From contig RPOR01000005.1 of the NCBI GenBank assembly GCA_003820645.1, forward strand, positions 364 through 64,363: DNA of 64,000 nucleotides. Direction: 5' to 3'. The stretch comes from Betaproteobacteria bacterium (GTDB lineage Bacteria > Pseudomonadota > Gammaproteobacteria > Burkholderiales > SG8-41). Below are positions 38,070-49,771 of this stretch, piece by piece; position 1 is the first letter of the stretch, and every line of letters begins with the position of its first letter. The position numbers were made by a program, and so were the translations under genes. Below the pieces are notes generated by a model. The model was given only the letters and a program-made list of their open reading frames with translations, had not been told where the DNA came from and searched no databases.

Positions 38070-39401
38070 ATGAACGATTTCTGGCATTATTGTCTCGCGT
38101 TTTTCGCAAAAGAACTCGGGCAACAGCAATTTGTCACCTGGATACAGCCGCTCCAATGCACCGTAGCCGGCTCCGTGGTGACGGTAACTGCACCGAATCG
38201 GTTCGTACAGCGCTGGGTCAGAGATCGGTTTCACGCAAAAATGCTGGAAATTGCGCGCGCTCGTCTTGGTGAAAATTCATCCATCGAACTGATACTGGCG
38301 GAAAAGCCGTCATTGCCGGCAGCAGCACCCCTTTCGGCAGTTGAACCGGTCACTTCCAGACCGGCACCGCCGGTCAGAGACATTTCAAGGCTCAATCCGG
38401 CCTTCACGTTCGAAACCTTCGTTACCGGAAAAGCCAATGACCTCGCACGCGCAGCGGCCCGCCAAGTGGCGGAAAAGCCCGGGGCGGCCTATAACCCGCT
38501 GTTTGTCTACGGTGGCGTAGGGCTCGGAAAGACCCACCTGATTCACGCGATCGGTAATCACCTGAGGGCCCACGCGCCAGAAAGCAAGATTCGCTACATC
38601 CATGCCGAACAGTATGTTTCGGATGTCGTAAGAGCCTATCAACACAAAGCATTTGACGATTTCAAGCGCTACTACCATTCACTGGACTTGCTGCTGATCG
38701 ACGACATCCAGTTTTTCAGCGGCAAGAACCGCACACAGGAAGAATTTTTTTACGCGTTCAATGCGTTGGTTGAAGCGCACAAGCAAGTAATCATTACCTG
38801 TGACACTTTTCCCCGGGAAATCTCCGGCATGGAAAGCCGGCTGATTTCCCGTTTCGGCTGGGGTCTTACAGTCGCCGTTGAGCCCCCGGAACTGGAAATG
38901 CGTGTCGCAATTCTGCTGAAAAAAGCAGCGGCAGACGGACTGACGTTGGACGAAAATGTCGCCTTTTTCATCGCCAAACATATCCAGTCCAATATTCGCG
39001 AACTCGAAGGTGCGCTCAAACGCGTGCTCGCCTATTCGCGTTTCACGGGGCAGCCCATCACCGTTGATCTTGCACGTGAATCCCTGCGTGACGTACTAGC
39101 CTCGCAAAGCCGCCAAGTCAGCATCGAGAACATCCAGCGCACAGTCGCTGATTATTACAAGATCAAGGTTTCCGAGATGTACTCGAAAAAACGCACTCGA
39201 AACGTCGCCCGTCCCCGCCAGGTCGCCATGGCACTAGCCAAGGAATTGACCCAGATGAGCCTGCCAGACATTGGGGAAGCCTTTGGCGGCAGGGACCACA
39301 CGACAGTGCTCCATGCATGCCGGAAAATTGCCCAGCTGCGCAGCACCAGTAATGAAATGACTGCCGACATCTCGTCATTACTAAAGGTATTACGCAGTTG
39401 A
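38070..39401 (+). CDS. dnaA: Chromosomal replication initiator DnaA
   Basis: 443 aa with AAA+ Walker [11 protein letters not shown], Walker [10 protein letters not shown] and the C-terminal DNA-binding signature (...[12 protein letters not shown]). Confidence 0.97.
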   Translation: MNDFWHYCLAFFAKELGQQQFVTWIQPLQCTVAGSVVTVTAPNRFVQRWVRDRFHAKMLEIARARLGENSSIELILAEKPSLPAAAPLSAVEPVTSRPAPPVRDISRLNPAFTFETFVTGKANDLARAAARQVAEKPGAAYNPLFVYGGVGLGKTHLIHAIGNHLRAHAPESKIRYIHAEQYVSDVVRAYQHKAFDDFKRYYHSLDLLLIDDIQFFSGKNRTQEEFFYAFNALVEAHKQVIITCDTFPREISGMESRLISRFGWGLTVAVEPPELEMRVAILLKKAAADGLTLDENVAFFIAKHIQSNIRELEGALKRVLAYSRFTGQPITVDLARESLRDVLASQSRQVSIENIQRTVADYYKIKVSEMYSKKRTRNVARPRQVAMALAKELTQMSLPDIGEAFGGRDHTTVLHACRKIAQLRSTSNEMTADISSLLKVLRS

Positions 39402-39464
39402 ATAACTGTGCATGTTTTGTGCGTAAACAGCCGAAATGGAAATTCAGGATTCTTTTGTCCTTTT

Positions 39465-39473
39465 TTGTCCACA
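39465..39473 (+). promoter_or_regulatory. DnaA-box-like TTGTCCACA (8/9)
   Basis: Located in the AT-rich dnaA-dnaN spacer, at the end of a tandem TTTTGTCC/TTTTGTCC repeat (39453-39470). Confidence 0.3.
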
Positions 39474-39604
39474 GTTCATTCAATGACAATACAGAAAGCC
39501 GACGTAGCATTTCCGCCTTTGCTTTCAGGCACGAAGGAAATCTGCTACCAGAATACTCTGTCCTCTATTAGCTACTATTATTCTCTTTAAGAAAAAACCT
39601 TAAT

Positions 39605-40714
39605 ATGAAACTCGTGCAATTACCGCGTGATGCGCTGCTGAAACCACTGCAGGCGGTGACGGGTATCGTCGAACGGCGCCATACGCTGCCGATTCTTTCC
39701 AATGTCCTGATCGATCGAACAGCGGATGTCCTGCGCTTTGTTACCACGGACCTGGAACTGCAGATTGCAACTTCCTGCCCCGCCGACAAAAAAGCCGGCG
39801 AACCACTTGCGGTAACAGTATCAGCACGCAAACTGGTTGATATCCTGCGCGCTCTGCCTGACGGCAGTGATGTTGCCCTCGAGGTTGCCAACTCCCGATT
39901 GCAGGTCAAGGCCGGGAAAAGCCGTTTCAACCTGCAAACACTGCCAGCAGCTGATTTTCCGGCCTTGGCCGACCCTGGTGCGCCACAATGCAGCTTTCAA
40001 ATTTCCCAGGGTGCCGCACGAAGACTCCTTGCACTGGTGCAGTTTGCGATGGCGCAACAGGATATCCGTTACTACCTCAACGGCCTTTTGCTGGTGACCG
40101 ACGGCAATGAAATCCGCGTGGTTGCCACCGATGGCCACCGCCTGAGTTATGCAGTAACCGAATTGAAGGAAAAACAGGAGAAAACAGAAGTAATCCTGCC
40201 CCGCAAAGCCATCCTCGAACTGGCACGACAATTGGTTGATGGCGAAGACCTCCTCGACGTTGCGATTCATGCCAACCAGGTTCGCTTCCGTTTCGGGGAA
40301 GTTGACCTGACAACGAAGGTGATCGACGGGAAGTTCCCGGATTACCAGAGGGTCATTCCGACCAATTACGAGAAAGCCATCACACTGGATCGCGATGAAC
40401 TCCAACGCGCCTTGCAGCGTGCTGCCATTCTATCCAATGAGAAATTCCGGGGGGTGCGCTGGATGTTGACCAAGGACAGTCTGCGAATTTCCTGCAGCAA
40501 CAACGAACAGGAGGAAGCACAGGAAGAGCTCGAAGTGGAGTTTGGCGGGGATCCTTTGGATGTCGGATTCAATGTGACCTACCTGCTCGACGTGCTTAAT
40601 AACGTACCAGCCGGCAATGTTGTTTGCTCATTTGGCGACGCAAATAGCAGCATGCTGATCACTTTGCCCGGCCGCGACGATTTTCGTTATGTCGTAATGC
40701 CGATGCGTATTTAG
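39605..40714 (+). CDS. dnaN: DNA polymerase III beta sliding clamp
   Basis: 369 aa with a clamp-typical N-terminus (MKL..RDALLKPLQAVTGIVERRHTLPILSNVLI) and C-terminus ...FRYVVMPMRI. Confidence 0.96.
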   Translation: MKLVQLPRDALLKPLQAVTGIVERRHTLPILSNVLIDRTADVLRFVTTDLELQIATSCPADKKAGEPLAVTVSARKLVDILRALPDGSDVALEVANSRLQVKAGKSRFNLQTLPAADFPALADPGAPQCSFQISQGAARRLLALVQFAMAQQDIRYYLNGLLLVTDGNEIRVVATDGHRLSYAVTELKEKQEKTEVILPRKAILELARQLVDGEDLLDVAIHANQVRFRFGEVDLTTKVIDGKFPDYQRVIPTNYEKAITLDRDELQRALQRAAILSNEKFRGVRWMLTKDSLRISCSNNEQEEAQEELEVEFGGDPLDVGFNVTYLLDVLNNVPAGNVVCSFGDANSSMLITLPGRDDFRYVVMPMRI

Positions 40715-40727
40715 AAAAAATGCATGA

Positions 40728-43169
<2,442 letters not shown>

Positions 43170-43230
43170 GCGGGTGGCGGACGCAAACGCGACCGCCAGG
43201 TTTCTGTAAGGCCCTGTTTTTAATCAAATT

Positions 43231-45756
43231 TTACGATTTTCTGCGCGCGACGCGGGACTTCTTCACAGCAGCGGTAGCCGTTTTTTCGACGCCGCCTTCT
43301 TTTGCGGCTCGCGGCGCAAATTCAAAGCCGACCTTGCCGTCCGGTTGCCTGACCAGGAAGGCCTTGAAGCGGCGGCCGTTGCGGTTCGACACAAAACCAT
43401 CGAGCAGGTCGGTGCGCCCCGAAGTGAGCAGTTTTTCCATCTGCTCGCGGTGTATTTCCTGGCGCAGGATGACCTTGCCCGACCGGAAATCACATTGCTT
43501 GCGTGGCGTGTTCTCACACACGTAATTCATCCCGTGCTCGAATACTCGCCCCTTGCATTTGGGGCAGTTTCCCAACGCCTGCTGTCCGCTGAAATCGATT
43601 TCTTCGCCCTCGTCATCGGTGTTGCTCTGGCCGAAATCGAACTCGAGCTTCAGGTTGTTGTTTTCCTTGTCCGGCATGATGCGCAGCATTGCCGCAAACG
43701 GCCTGCCCATTTTCGACCGGAATCCCTGAAGTGGACCGAGCGTGCGTTCGCGCAGTAGCGTTTCCACTTCGGCAAGCTCGAATTGCCGTCCACCCGGGGT
43801 CTTCGAAATCGAGAACCCACAGGCGTCGCAAGCGAACCGCCGGTAATTTTCCTTGACGGTTCCGCCACAATGCGGGCATGGCGTTTGCAGCGTGGCATAG
43901 TCACCGGGAATGGTTTCGCTGTTGTATTCCTTGGCGTGGCGGACGATGCGCTCAGTGATCTCGGAAATTTCCTTCATAAAGGATTCCCGTTTCAGCTTGC
44001 CGCGCTCCATTTGCAGCAGTTTGTATTCCCACTCGCCGGTCAGCTCCGGCTGTGTCAGTTCGTTGACACCCAAACCGTTGAGCAGCGTCATCAGCTGAAA
44101 GGCCTTGGCCGTCGGAATCAGCTCCCGGCCTTCGCGTACCAGGTATTTTTCCGCGATCAGCCGCTCAATGATCGCCGCGCGGGTGGCCGGCGTGCCTAGC
44201 CCCTTCTGGGCCATGGCTTCGCGTAATTCATCGTCATCGATCAGCTTGCCGGCGCCTTCCATCGCGCTGAGCAGCGTTGCTTCCGAGTATCGCGCCGGCG
44301 GCCTGGTTGCCAGCGCGATCGCGTCGACCGCGTCGACCGGCGGACGTTCACCTTTCGCAACCGCCGGCAGGTTGGCGCTTTCCTGCTGTTCGTCCTTGCC
44401 GTAAATGGCCAGCCAGCCCGGCTTTACCAGGATCTTGCCTTCAGTTTTGAACTTGTGCGAAGCAACTTCCGTGATGCGGGTAGTGACCAGATACTCTGCC
44501 GGCGGGTAAAAAATCGCCATGAAACGCCGCACCACGAGGTCGTAAATTTTCTGCTGCACCTCATTGAGGTTTTTCGGCGGCTGTGGGGTCGGGATGATCG
44601 CGAAATGGTCCGAGATCTTGCTATTGTCGAAAATCCGCTTGTTCGGTTTCACCCACTTGTTCTTGACGATTTCCTTGGCGAACGGCGCGAGTTCGCGTTC
44701 TTCCGCGAGCGCTCCCAGCGTCGCCTTGATCGTCGGCAGATAATCCTCGGGCAGGTGCCGGGAATCGGTACGCGGATAGGTCAGTGCCTTGTGTTTCTCG
44801 TATAGCTCCTGCGCAATCGACAGCGTGACCTTCGCCGAAAAACCGAAACGGCCGTTGGCTTCACGCTGCAATGACGTCAGATCAAACAGCATCGGTGACA
44901 GCTGTGTCGATGGCTTCGATTCTTCACTGACTGTACCCGCCTTGCCACGGCAAGCCTCGGCGATTGTCTCTGCAGCGGCTTTTTCCCACAGCCGATTTTC
45001 CCGTCGCTCCGGGTCGTTTTCGTCGCGTTTGAACGCGGGGTCAAACCAGCGACCTTCGTAGTTTCCCGCCTTGGCGGCGAATGTTGCGCGGACTTCCCAG
45101 TAATCGCGTGCTACGAACTTGCGGATTTTCTGTTCACGATCGACGACGATCATCAATGTCGGCGTCTGCACGCGGCCGACTGTAGTCAGGTAGAAACCGC
45201 CGCTCTTGCTGTTGAACGCGGTCATTGCGCGCGTGCCATTGATGCCGACCAGCCAGTCGGCTTCGCTGCGGCTGCGTGCGGCATCAGCCAGCGGCTGCAT
45301 TTCCTCGTCGGAACGCAGGCGTGTGAACGCATCGCGGATCGCCGCCGGGGTCATCGATTGCAGCCACAGCCGGGAAATCGGCTTGTTGCACTTGGTCGCC
45401 TGCACGATATAACGGAATATCAACTCGCCTTCCCGTCCCGCGTCGCAGGCGTTGATCAGCGCAGTGACATCCTTGCGTTTCATCAGTTTTGCGAGCACCT
45501 TCAGCCGCGGTTCGCTTTTGGCGATCGGGTGCAGGTCGAAATGCGGTGGAATGACCGGCAAATGCGCGAATGACCACTTGCCGCGCTTGACTTCATATTC
45601 TTCCGGCGCAGCAATTTCCAGCAAATGGCCGACGGCAGACGACAGTACGTAATCGTCACTTTCAAAGTATTCGGCATGTCGCGTGAAACCGCCCAGCACG
45701 CGCGCGATGTCACCGGCAACCGAAGGTTTTTCCGCAATGATGAGCGTTTTCGCCAT
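43231..45756 (-). CDS. topB: Type IA DNA topoisomerase, Topo III (TopB)-like, with extended C-terminal zinc-ribbon region
   Basis: 841 aa. The N-terminal TOPRIM LIIAEKPSVAGDIARVLGG and DAGREGELIFRYIV are TopB-type, not the TopA-type IVESPAKAKT. The active-site region is LTYPRTDSRHLPEDY. The C-terminus carries CPHCGG...CDACG and CPKCKG... zinc ribbons and a Lys/Arg-rich tail. Confidence 0.85.
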   Translation of the reverse strand: MAKTLIIAEKPSVAGDIARVLGGFTRHAEYFESDDYVLSSAVGHLLEIAAPEEYEVKRGKWSFAHLPVIPPHFDLHPIAKSEPRLKVLAKLMKRKDVTALINACDAGREGELIFRYIVQATKCNKPISRLWLQSMTPAAIRDAFTRLRSDEEMQPLADAARSRSEADWLVGINGTRAMTAFNSKSGGFYLTTVGRVQTPTLMIVVDREQKIRKFVARDYWEVRATFAAKAGNYEGRWFDPAFKRDENDPERRENRLWEKAAAETIAEACRGKAGTVSEESKPSTQLSPMLFDLTSLQREANGRFGFSAKVTLSIAQELYEKHKALTYPRTDSRHLPEDYLPTIKATLGALAEERELAPFAKEIVKNKWVKPNKRIFDNSKISDHFAIIPTPQPPKNLNEVQQKIYDLVVRRFMAIFYPPAEYLVTTRITEVASHKFKTEGKILVKPGWLAIYGKDEQQESANLPAVAKGERPPVDAVDAIALATRPPARYSEATLLSAMEGAGKLIDDDELREAMAQKGLGTPATRAAIIERLIAEKYLVREGRELIPTAKAFQLMTLLNGLGVNELTQPELTGEWEYKLLQMERGKLKRESFMKEISEITERIVRHAKEYNSETIPGDYATLQTPCPHCGGTVKENYRRFACDACGFSISKTPGGRQFELAEVETLLRERTLGPLQGFRSKMGRPFAAMLRIMPDKENNNLKLEFDFGQSNTDDEGEEIDFSGQQALGNCPKCKGRVFEHGMNYVCENTPRKQCDFRSGKVILRQEIHREQMEKLLTSGRTDLLDGFVSNRNGRRFKAFLVRQPDGKVGFEFAPRAAKEGGVEKTATAAVKKSRVARRKS

Positions 45757-45869
45757 TTAACCCGTTGAATTAGCGGCATTAATGCCGCGGCAGATGAGGC
45801 GCCGGTCTGCGGCGCCGTGGAAAAGAGCGCCCGATGATAAGAACAATCCCCGGCTAGCGCAAGCCGGGA

Positions 45870-46955
45870 TCAGGAAACGCGTTGCCAGCGTCCGCCAGGC
45901 AGCGCTTCGACCAACCCGGCCAGTTCGAGGTCCGTCAATGCGGTGTTGATCATCCCGATATCCAACCCGCAGCGCTGCTGCAATGTATCGATGTCGACCG
46001 GATCGAAGCCGATATGCAGGAGCAGCGGATCCGGGTCGCCCGTTGTCGCCGGTGCAACGCGAAGGCTTGCCGGACGGTCCGCCAGCCCCAACTCTTCCAA
46101 TACGTCCTGCGCGGACTCGACGAGTTTGGCGCCTTGCTTGATCAGCGCGTGGCAGCCCTTGGCCAGCGGCGAGTGTATGGAGCCGGGAATGGCAAAAACC
46201 TCTCTGCCCTGATCGGTAGCCAGTCGCGCAGTGATCAACGATCCGCTGGACACCGCCGCTTCGACCACCAGGCAGCCTTTGGACAGGCCGCAAATGAGCC
46301 GGTTGCGGCGCGGAAAATTTGTTGCCAGTGCCGGAGTACCCAGCGGAAACTCCGATACCAGCGTACCGCCCGCGGCGATTTTGTGGGCTAATCCACGATT
46401 GTGCGCCGGGTAGACCACATCGAGCCCGGTACCGATTATGGCAATGGTCGAACTGGTGCCTGCCAGTCCGCCACGATGTGCGGCGGCATCTATGCCCAAG
46501 GCGAGCCCGCTGATGATGGTGAGGCCGGCGTTGCTCAGCGCAGTCGCAAAGGCTTCTGCATTGGCCAGACCCTGCGCGGTTCCGTTGCGGCTACCGACAA
46601 TGGCAAGTGCGGGCCGGTTCAGCAGATCCAACCGTCCCTTGATGTAGATCAGTGGCGGGGGATCGGGGATTTCCAGCAATAACTGCGGATACTCGGTATC
46701 CGCCAGTGTCACGACGCGATTGGCCGGATCGTCAAGCCAGGCACCCACGCCGCTCCATAATGCCGGCTCAGCACCACCCTGGCAGATCGCGATGGCAATT
46801 TTCTCGGCGACAAATTCGCTCAGTACCCGCCGGCTGGCGGCGAGAATCTTTTCCGGCGAACCCAGCGCGACCAGAAGCTTGCGCAGTGAGCGGTGTCCCA
46901 ACCCCGGTAGCAGGCTCAGGCGCAGCCACGCTTCCAGATCCGCGTTGAGCGCCAT
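45870..46955 (-). CDS. dprA: DNA-processing protein DprA (Smf)
   Basis: 361 aa with the DprA Rossmann-like core (IISGLALGIDAAAHRGGL ... VVEAAVSSGSLITA). Confidence 0.92.
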   Translation of the reverse strand: MALNADLEAWLRLSLLPGLGHRSLRKLLVALGSPEKILAASRRVLSEFVAEKIAIAICQGGAEPALWSGVGAWLDDPANRVVTLADTEYPQLLLEIPDPPPLIYIKGRLDLLNRPALAIVGSRNGTAQGLANAEAFATALSNAGLTIISGLALGIDAAAHRGGLAGTSSTIAIIGTGLDVVYPAHNRGLAHKIAAGGTLVSEFPLGTPALATNFPRRNRLICGLSKGCLVVEAAVSSGSLITARLATDQGREVFAIPGSIHSPLAKGCHALIKQGAKLVESAQDVLEELGLADRPASLRVAPATTGDPDPLLLHIGFDPVDIDTLQQRCGLDIGMINTALTDLELAGLVEALPGGRWQRVS

Positions 46956-47018
46956 CGCAGCCTGTCAATCCCGGCAGTGCCGAGTGAGGAACAGGAGCTT
47001 TGGGCTCCTGTTACCGCT

Positions 47019-48161
47019 TCACGGATTGGTTACGAAATCGGATATCGAAACCGGCCGGCTGGCTTCCATGACCAGCGCGAAGGACGTACGATCAAAGGTG
47101 CGGAACACCATGACCAGACCATAGCGTTCGTCAGGAAGAGTCGCGATGAGGTCGCGGGTAACCGCTTCGCCGCGCTTGGCCAAAATCTCGCGGGGCGGAA
47201 GCGTTTCTGCATAATAAACGCGCGGCGAATCGCTGCCGCTGATGCCCGTGCGACCGTACAGCGCCTCGGTACGCTGGCTGTAACGCGAGTTCGTCTGGCT
47301 CCGCTCGAGTGCGAGGACTGTCCCAACCTGCAGGCCATCGTTGCTACCTTTTGACAACGCGACAATGGACAGCGGCCCCGTTTCCTGCAGGCCGCCATAA
47401 GCCGAGATGACACGGCCTTTGACGGGCACCTTCGGAGAATGCGGCACATACGCAAAAACCGGCGTTTGTTTGCCCAACGGCACCAGACGATCGTTGTAGT
47501 GGACCTCCTGCACGGATTTGACGATATCTATCGTCGCGACGTCCCCGTGCTTACGGACCTGGGCCTCACCGAGATAAATTGCCTCATAGCCGAGAATTTC
47601 ATTGTTTTCAGGGTCGATCAACGGCTCGCCACGGCGGTAAATCTGCCACTGATCGCCTTTGTCTTTAGTGATCCCCTGCGCATACGCGCGATCGCCGGCT
47701 CCCAGTGTTACGCGACTCTCTTGGGCCGCGAGGATTCTAGGTGCCTCGTCAAGTTCACCGGCGCTGACGACCAGAGGCTTGGACAGGAAGGGTTCGATCA
47801 CTGACGGCGAAATGCTGGGCACGGCGCTGCGCGCGCTCGGTTCTGCACGGATCCGCGGTTCCAGCCTGGCCGTTTCCAGCTTCACCAGGCTCAACCGTGG
47901 TTGGCCGCTGCTGCGATCCAATACGATGACATCGCCGGGATAGATCAGGTGCGGATTCTTGATCTGTTCCTGATTCATCTTCCACAGTTCCGGCCAGCGC
48001 CATGGTTCCTTGAGATAATTTCCCGAGATGCCCCACAGCGTGTCCCCCTTCTTCACGACATATCGATCAGGGGCAGTGTCCTGCATCATTGCCGGCTCAG
48101 CGGCCCCCGCAATGCAGGCCGGAGTTATCAACAAAATCAGGGATATAATTGCTTTTCGCAT
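47019..48161 (-). CDS. LysM peptidoglycan-binding domain protein (secreted)
   Basis: Signal peptide MRKAIISLILLITPACIAGAA and LysM motif YVVKKGDTLWGISGNYL...WPELWKMN. ATG 48161 is preferred over GTG 48173. It is divergent from def. Confidence 0.8.
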   Translation of the reverse strand: MRKAIISLILLITPACIAGAAEPAMMQDTAPDRYVVKKGDTLWGISGNYLKEPWRWPELWKMNQEQIKNPHLIYPGDVIVLDRSSGQPRLSLVKLETARLEPRIRAEPSARSAVPSISPSVIEPFLSKPLVVSAGELDEAPRILAAQESRVTLGAGDRAYAQGITKDKGDQWQIYRRGEPLIDPENNEILGYEAIYLGEAQVRKHGDVATIDIVKSVQEVHYNDRLVPLGKQTPVFAYVPHSPKVPVKGRVISAYGGLQETGPLSIVALSKGSNDGLQVGTVLALERSQTNSRYSQRTEALYGRTGISGSDSPRVYYAETLPPREILAKRGEAVTRDLIATLPDERYGLVMVFRTFDRTSFALVMEASRPVSISDFVTNP

Positions 48162-48286
48162 GTGGAGCCCCACCTTTATGTGCGCGTCGCGGGCGCATCG
48201 CGCAGAAGTCTGCCGAGAAGTCGCGCCGCCGACGTGAGAGTTTGGTTTAAATTCTGCATCTAGCTGATTAAATTGGCAAGTTTTTC

Positions 48287-48790
48287 ATGGCTTTACTTCC
48301 GATACTACATTACCCCGATCCACGCCTGCATAAGGTAGCGGCGCCTGTAAAACAGGTGGACGACAAAATAGTCCAATTAATCAAAGACATGGGTGAGACC
48401 ATGTATGCTGCGCCGGGAATTGGTCTCGCTGCAACACAGGTCGATGTTCATCTGCGCCTGCTGGTCATCGATATTTCCGAAACCCACGACCAGTTACAGG
48501 TGTTCATTAATCCGGAGATCATCCGTGCCGAAGGTGAAGCCGAGTGTGAAGAAGGCTGTTTGTCGGTACCGGGTATATTCGAAAAAGTCACCCGCGCAGC
48601 CCGGGTCGTGGTGTCGGCGATGGACCAGCATGGGCAACAACGTACGGTCGAGGCGGAAGGCCTGCTTGCCGTTTGTATTCAGCATGAAATGGACCATCTG
48701 CTGGGCAAGGTTTTCGTCGAAAAGCTGTCGCGCCTGAAGCAGCAGCGCATTGCTGCCAGACTGGCCAAACAGCAACGGCAGGCGATGTAG
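48287..48790 (+). CDS. def: Peptide deformylase
   Basis: 167 aa with metal-binding motifs [16 protein letters not shown] and HEMDHL. Confidence 0.96.
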   Translation: MALLPILHYPDPRLHKVAAPVKQVDDKIVQLIKDMGETMYAAPGIGLAATQVDVHLRLLVIDISETHDQLQVFINPEIIRAEGEAECEEGCLSVPGIFEKVTRAARVVVSAMDQHGQQRTVEAEGLLAVCIQHEMDHLLGKVFVEKLSRLKQQRIAARLAKQQRQAM

Positions 48791-48823
48791 CAATCGCGGC
48801 GATCTGCCCATTAGTCCGCCACA

Positions 48824-49747
48824 TTGAAGATAATTTTTGCAGGAACGCCCGCGTTTGCCGCTGTGGCGCTGGAGGCACTGCTGGACAGTGGGCATCAGGT
48901 CATCCATGTGCTGACGCAACCGGACCGGCCCGCCGGGCGCGGTCTCAAATCCCAGCCCTCCGCAGTGAAGCAACTGGCCCAGGCCCGGCAACTGTCGTTG
49001 GCTCAACCGGCTACGCTCCGCGATACTGCCGTTGCCGCGCAACTTGCCGCCCTCCATGCCGATATCATGGTGGTTGCAGCCTATGGCCTGCTGATCCCTG
49101 CTGCACTGCTGACCTTGCCGCGCCTCGGCTGTCTGAATATCCACGCCTCGCTGCTGCCGCGCTGGCGCGGCGCGGCGCCGATCCAGCGCGCTATCCTTGC
49201 CGGAGACCGAGACACCGGGATCACTATCATGCAAATGGACGCCGGCTTGGATACCGGCGACGTACTGCTCCGCGAAGTGGTGCCGATTGCGGCAGACGAT
49301 ACGGCGCAGACCCTGCATGACAAGCTCGCCGCAACCGGTGCGCGGTTGATTGTGCGTGTGCTGCAGGACCTGCCGGCAGCTGCTGCCCAGGATTCCGCGC
49401 AGGCGACCTATGCCGCGAAAATCAGCAAAGCGGAAGCACGCATCGATTGGGGGCGCCCGGCGACAGAAGTCGACCGGCTCATCCGGGCCTTCAATCCGGT
49501 GCCAGGCGCATATACAGTCTGGAACGGGCAAATACTTAAAATTTGGCGCGCCCAGCCCGCTGACTGTCCTGCGAGCACGGTTGCACCAGGCACGGTCCTG
49601 GAAGCCGGAGTTGGCGGCATCGTCGTCGCGACAGGCGCCGGGGCCGTGCGGCTGCTCGAATTGCAGCGCGCCGGCGGTAAACGCCTCGCCCCGCAGGCAT
49701 TCCTGGCGGGGACGCCTGTCGACGCAGGCACGAGATTTGATGCCTGA
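48824..49747 (+). CDS. fmt: Methionyl-tRNA formyltransferase
   Basis: 307 aa with a TTG start and formyltransferase motifs (NIHASLLPRWRGAAPIQRAI). It lies downstream of def. Confidence 0.95.
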   Translation: MKIIFAGTPAFAAVALEALLDSGHQVIHVLTQPDRPAGRGLKSQPSAVKQLAQARQLSLAQPATLRDTAVAAQLAALHADIMVVAAYGLLIPAALLTLPRLGCLNIHASLLPRWRGAAPIQRAILAGDRDTGITIMQMDAGLDTGDVLLREVVPIAADDTAQTLHDKLAATGARLIVRVLQDLPAAAAQDSAQATYAAKISKAEARIDWGRPATEVDRLIRAFNPVPGAYTVWNGQILKIWRAQPADCPASTVAPGTVLEAGVGGIVVATGAGAVRLLELQRAGGKRLAPQAFLAGTPVDAGTRFDA

Positions 49748-49771
49748 TGTGCTGCACGGAAATGGCTGACC

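Noticed and set aside
45773-45788. Perfect 16-bp palindrome GCGGCATTAATGCCGC just upstream of topB, and a 7-bp-stem hairpin CCCGGCT-agcgca-AGCCGGG after dprA.
   Set aside because: About one perfect 8+8 palindrome is expected by chance in 64 kb. There is no repeat copy elsewhere in the window and no U-tract. It could be an operator or a weak terminator, but the evidence is insufficient.
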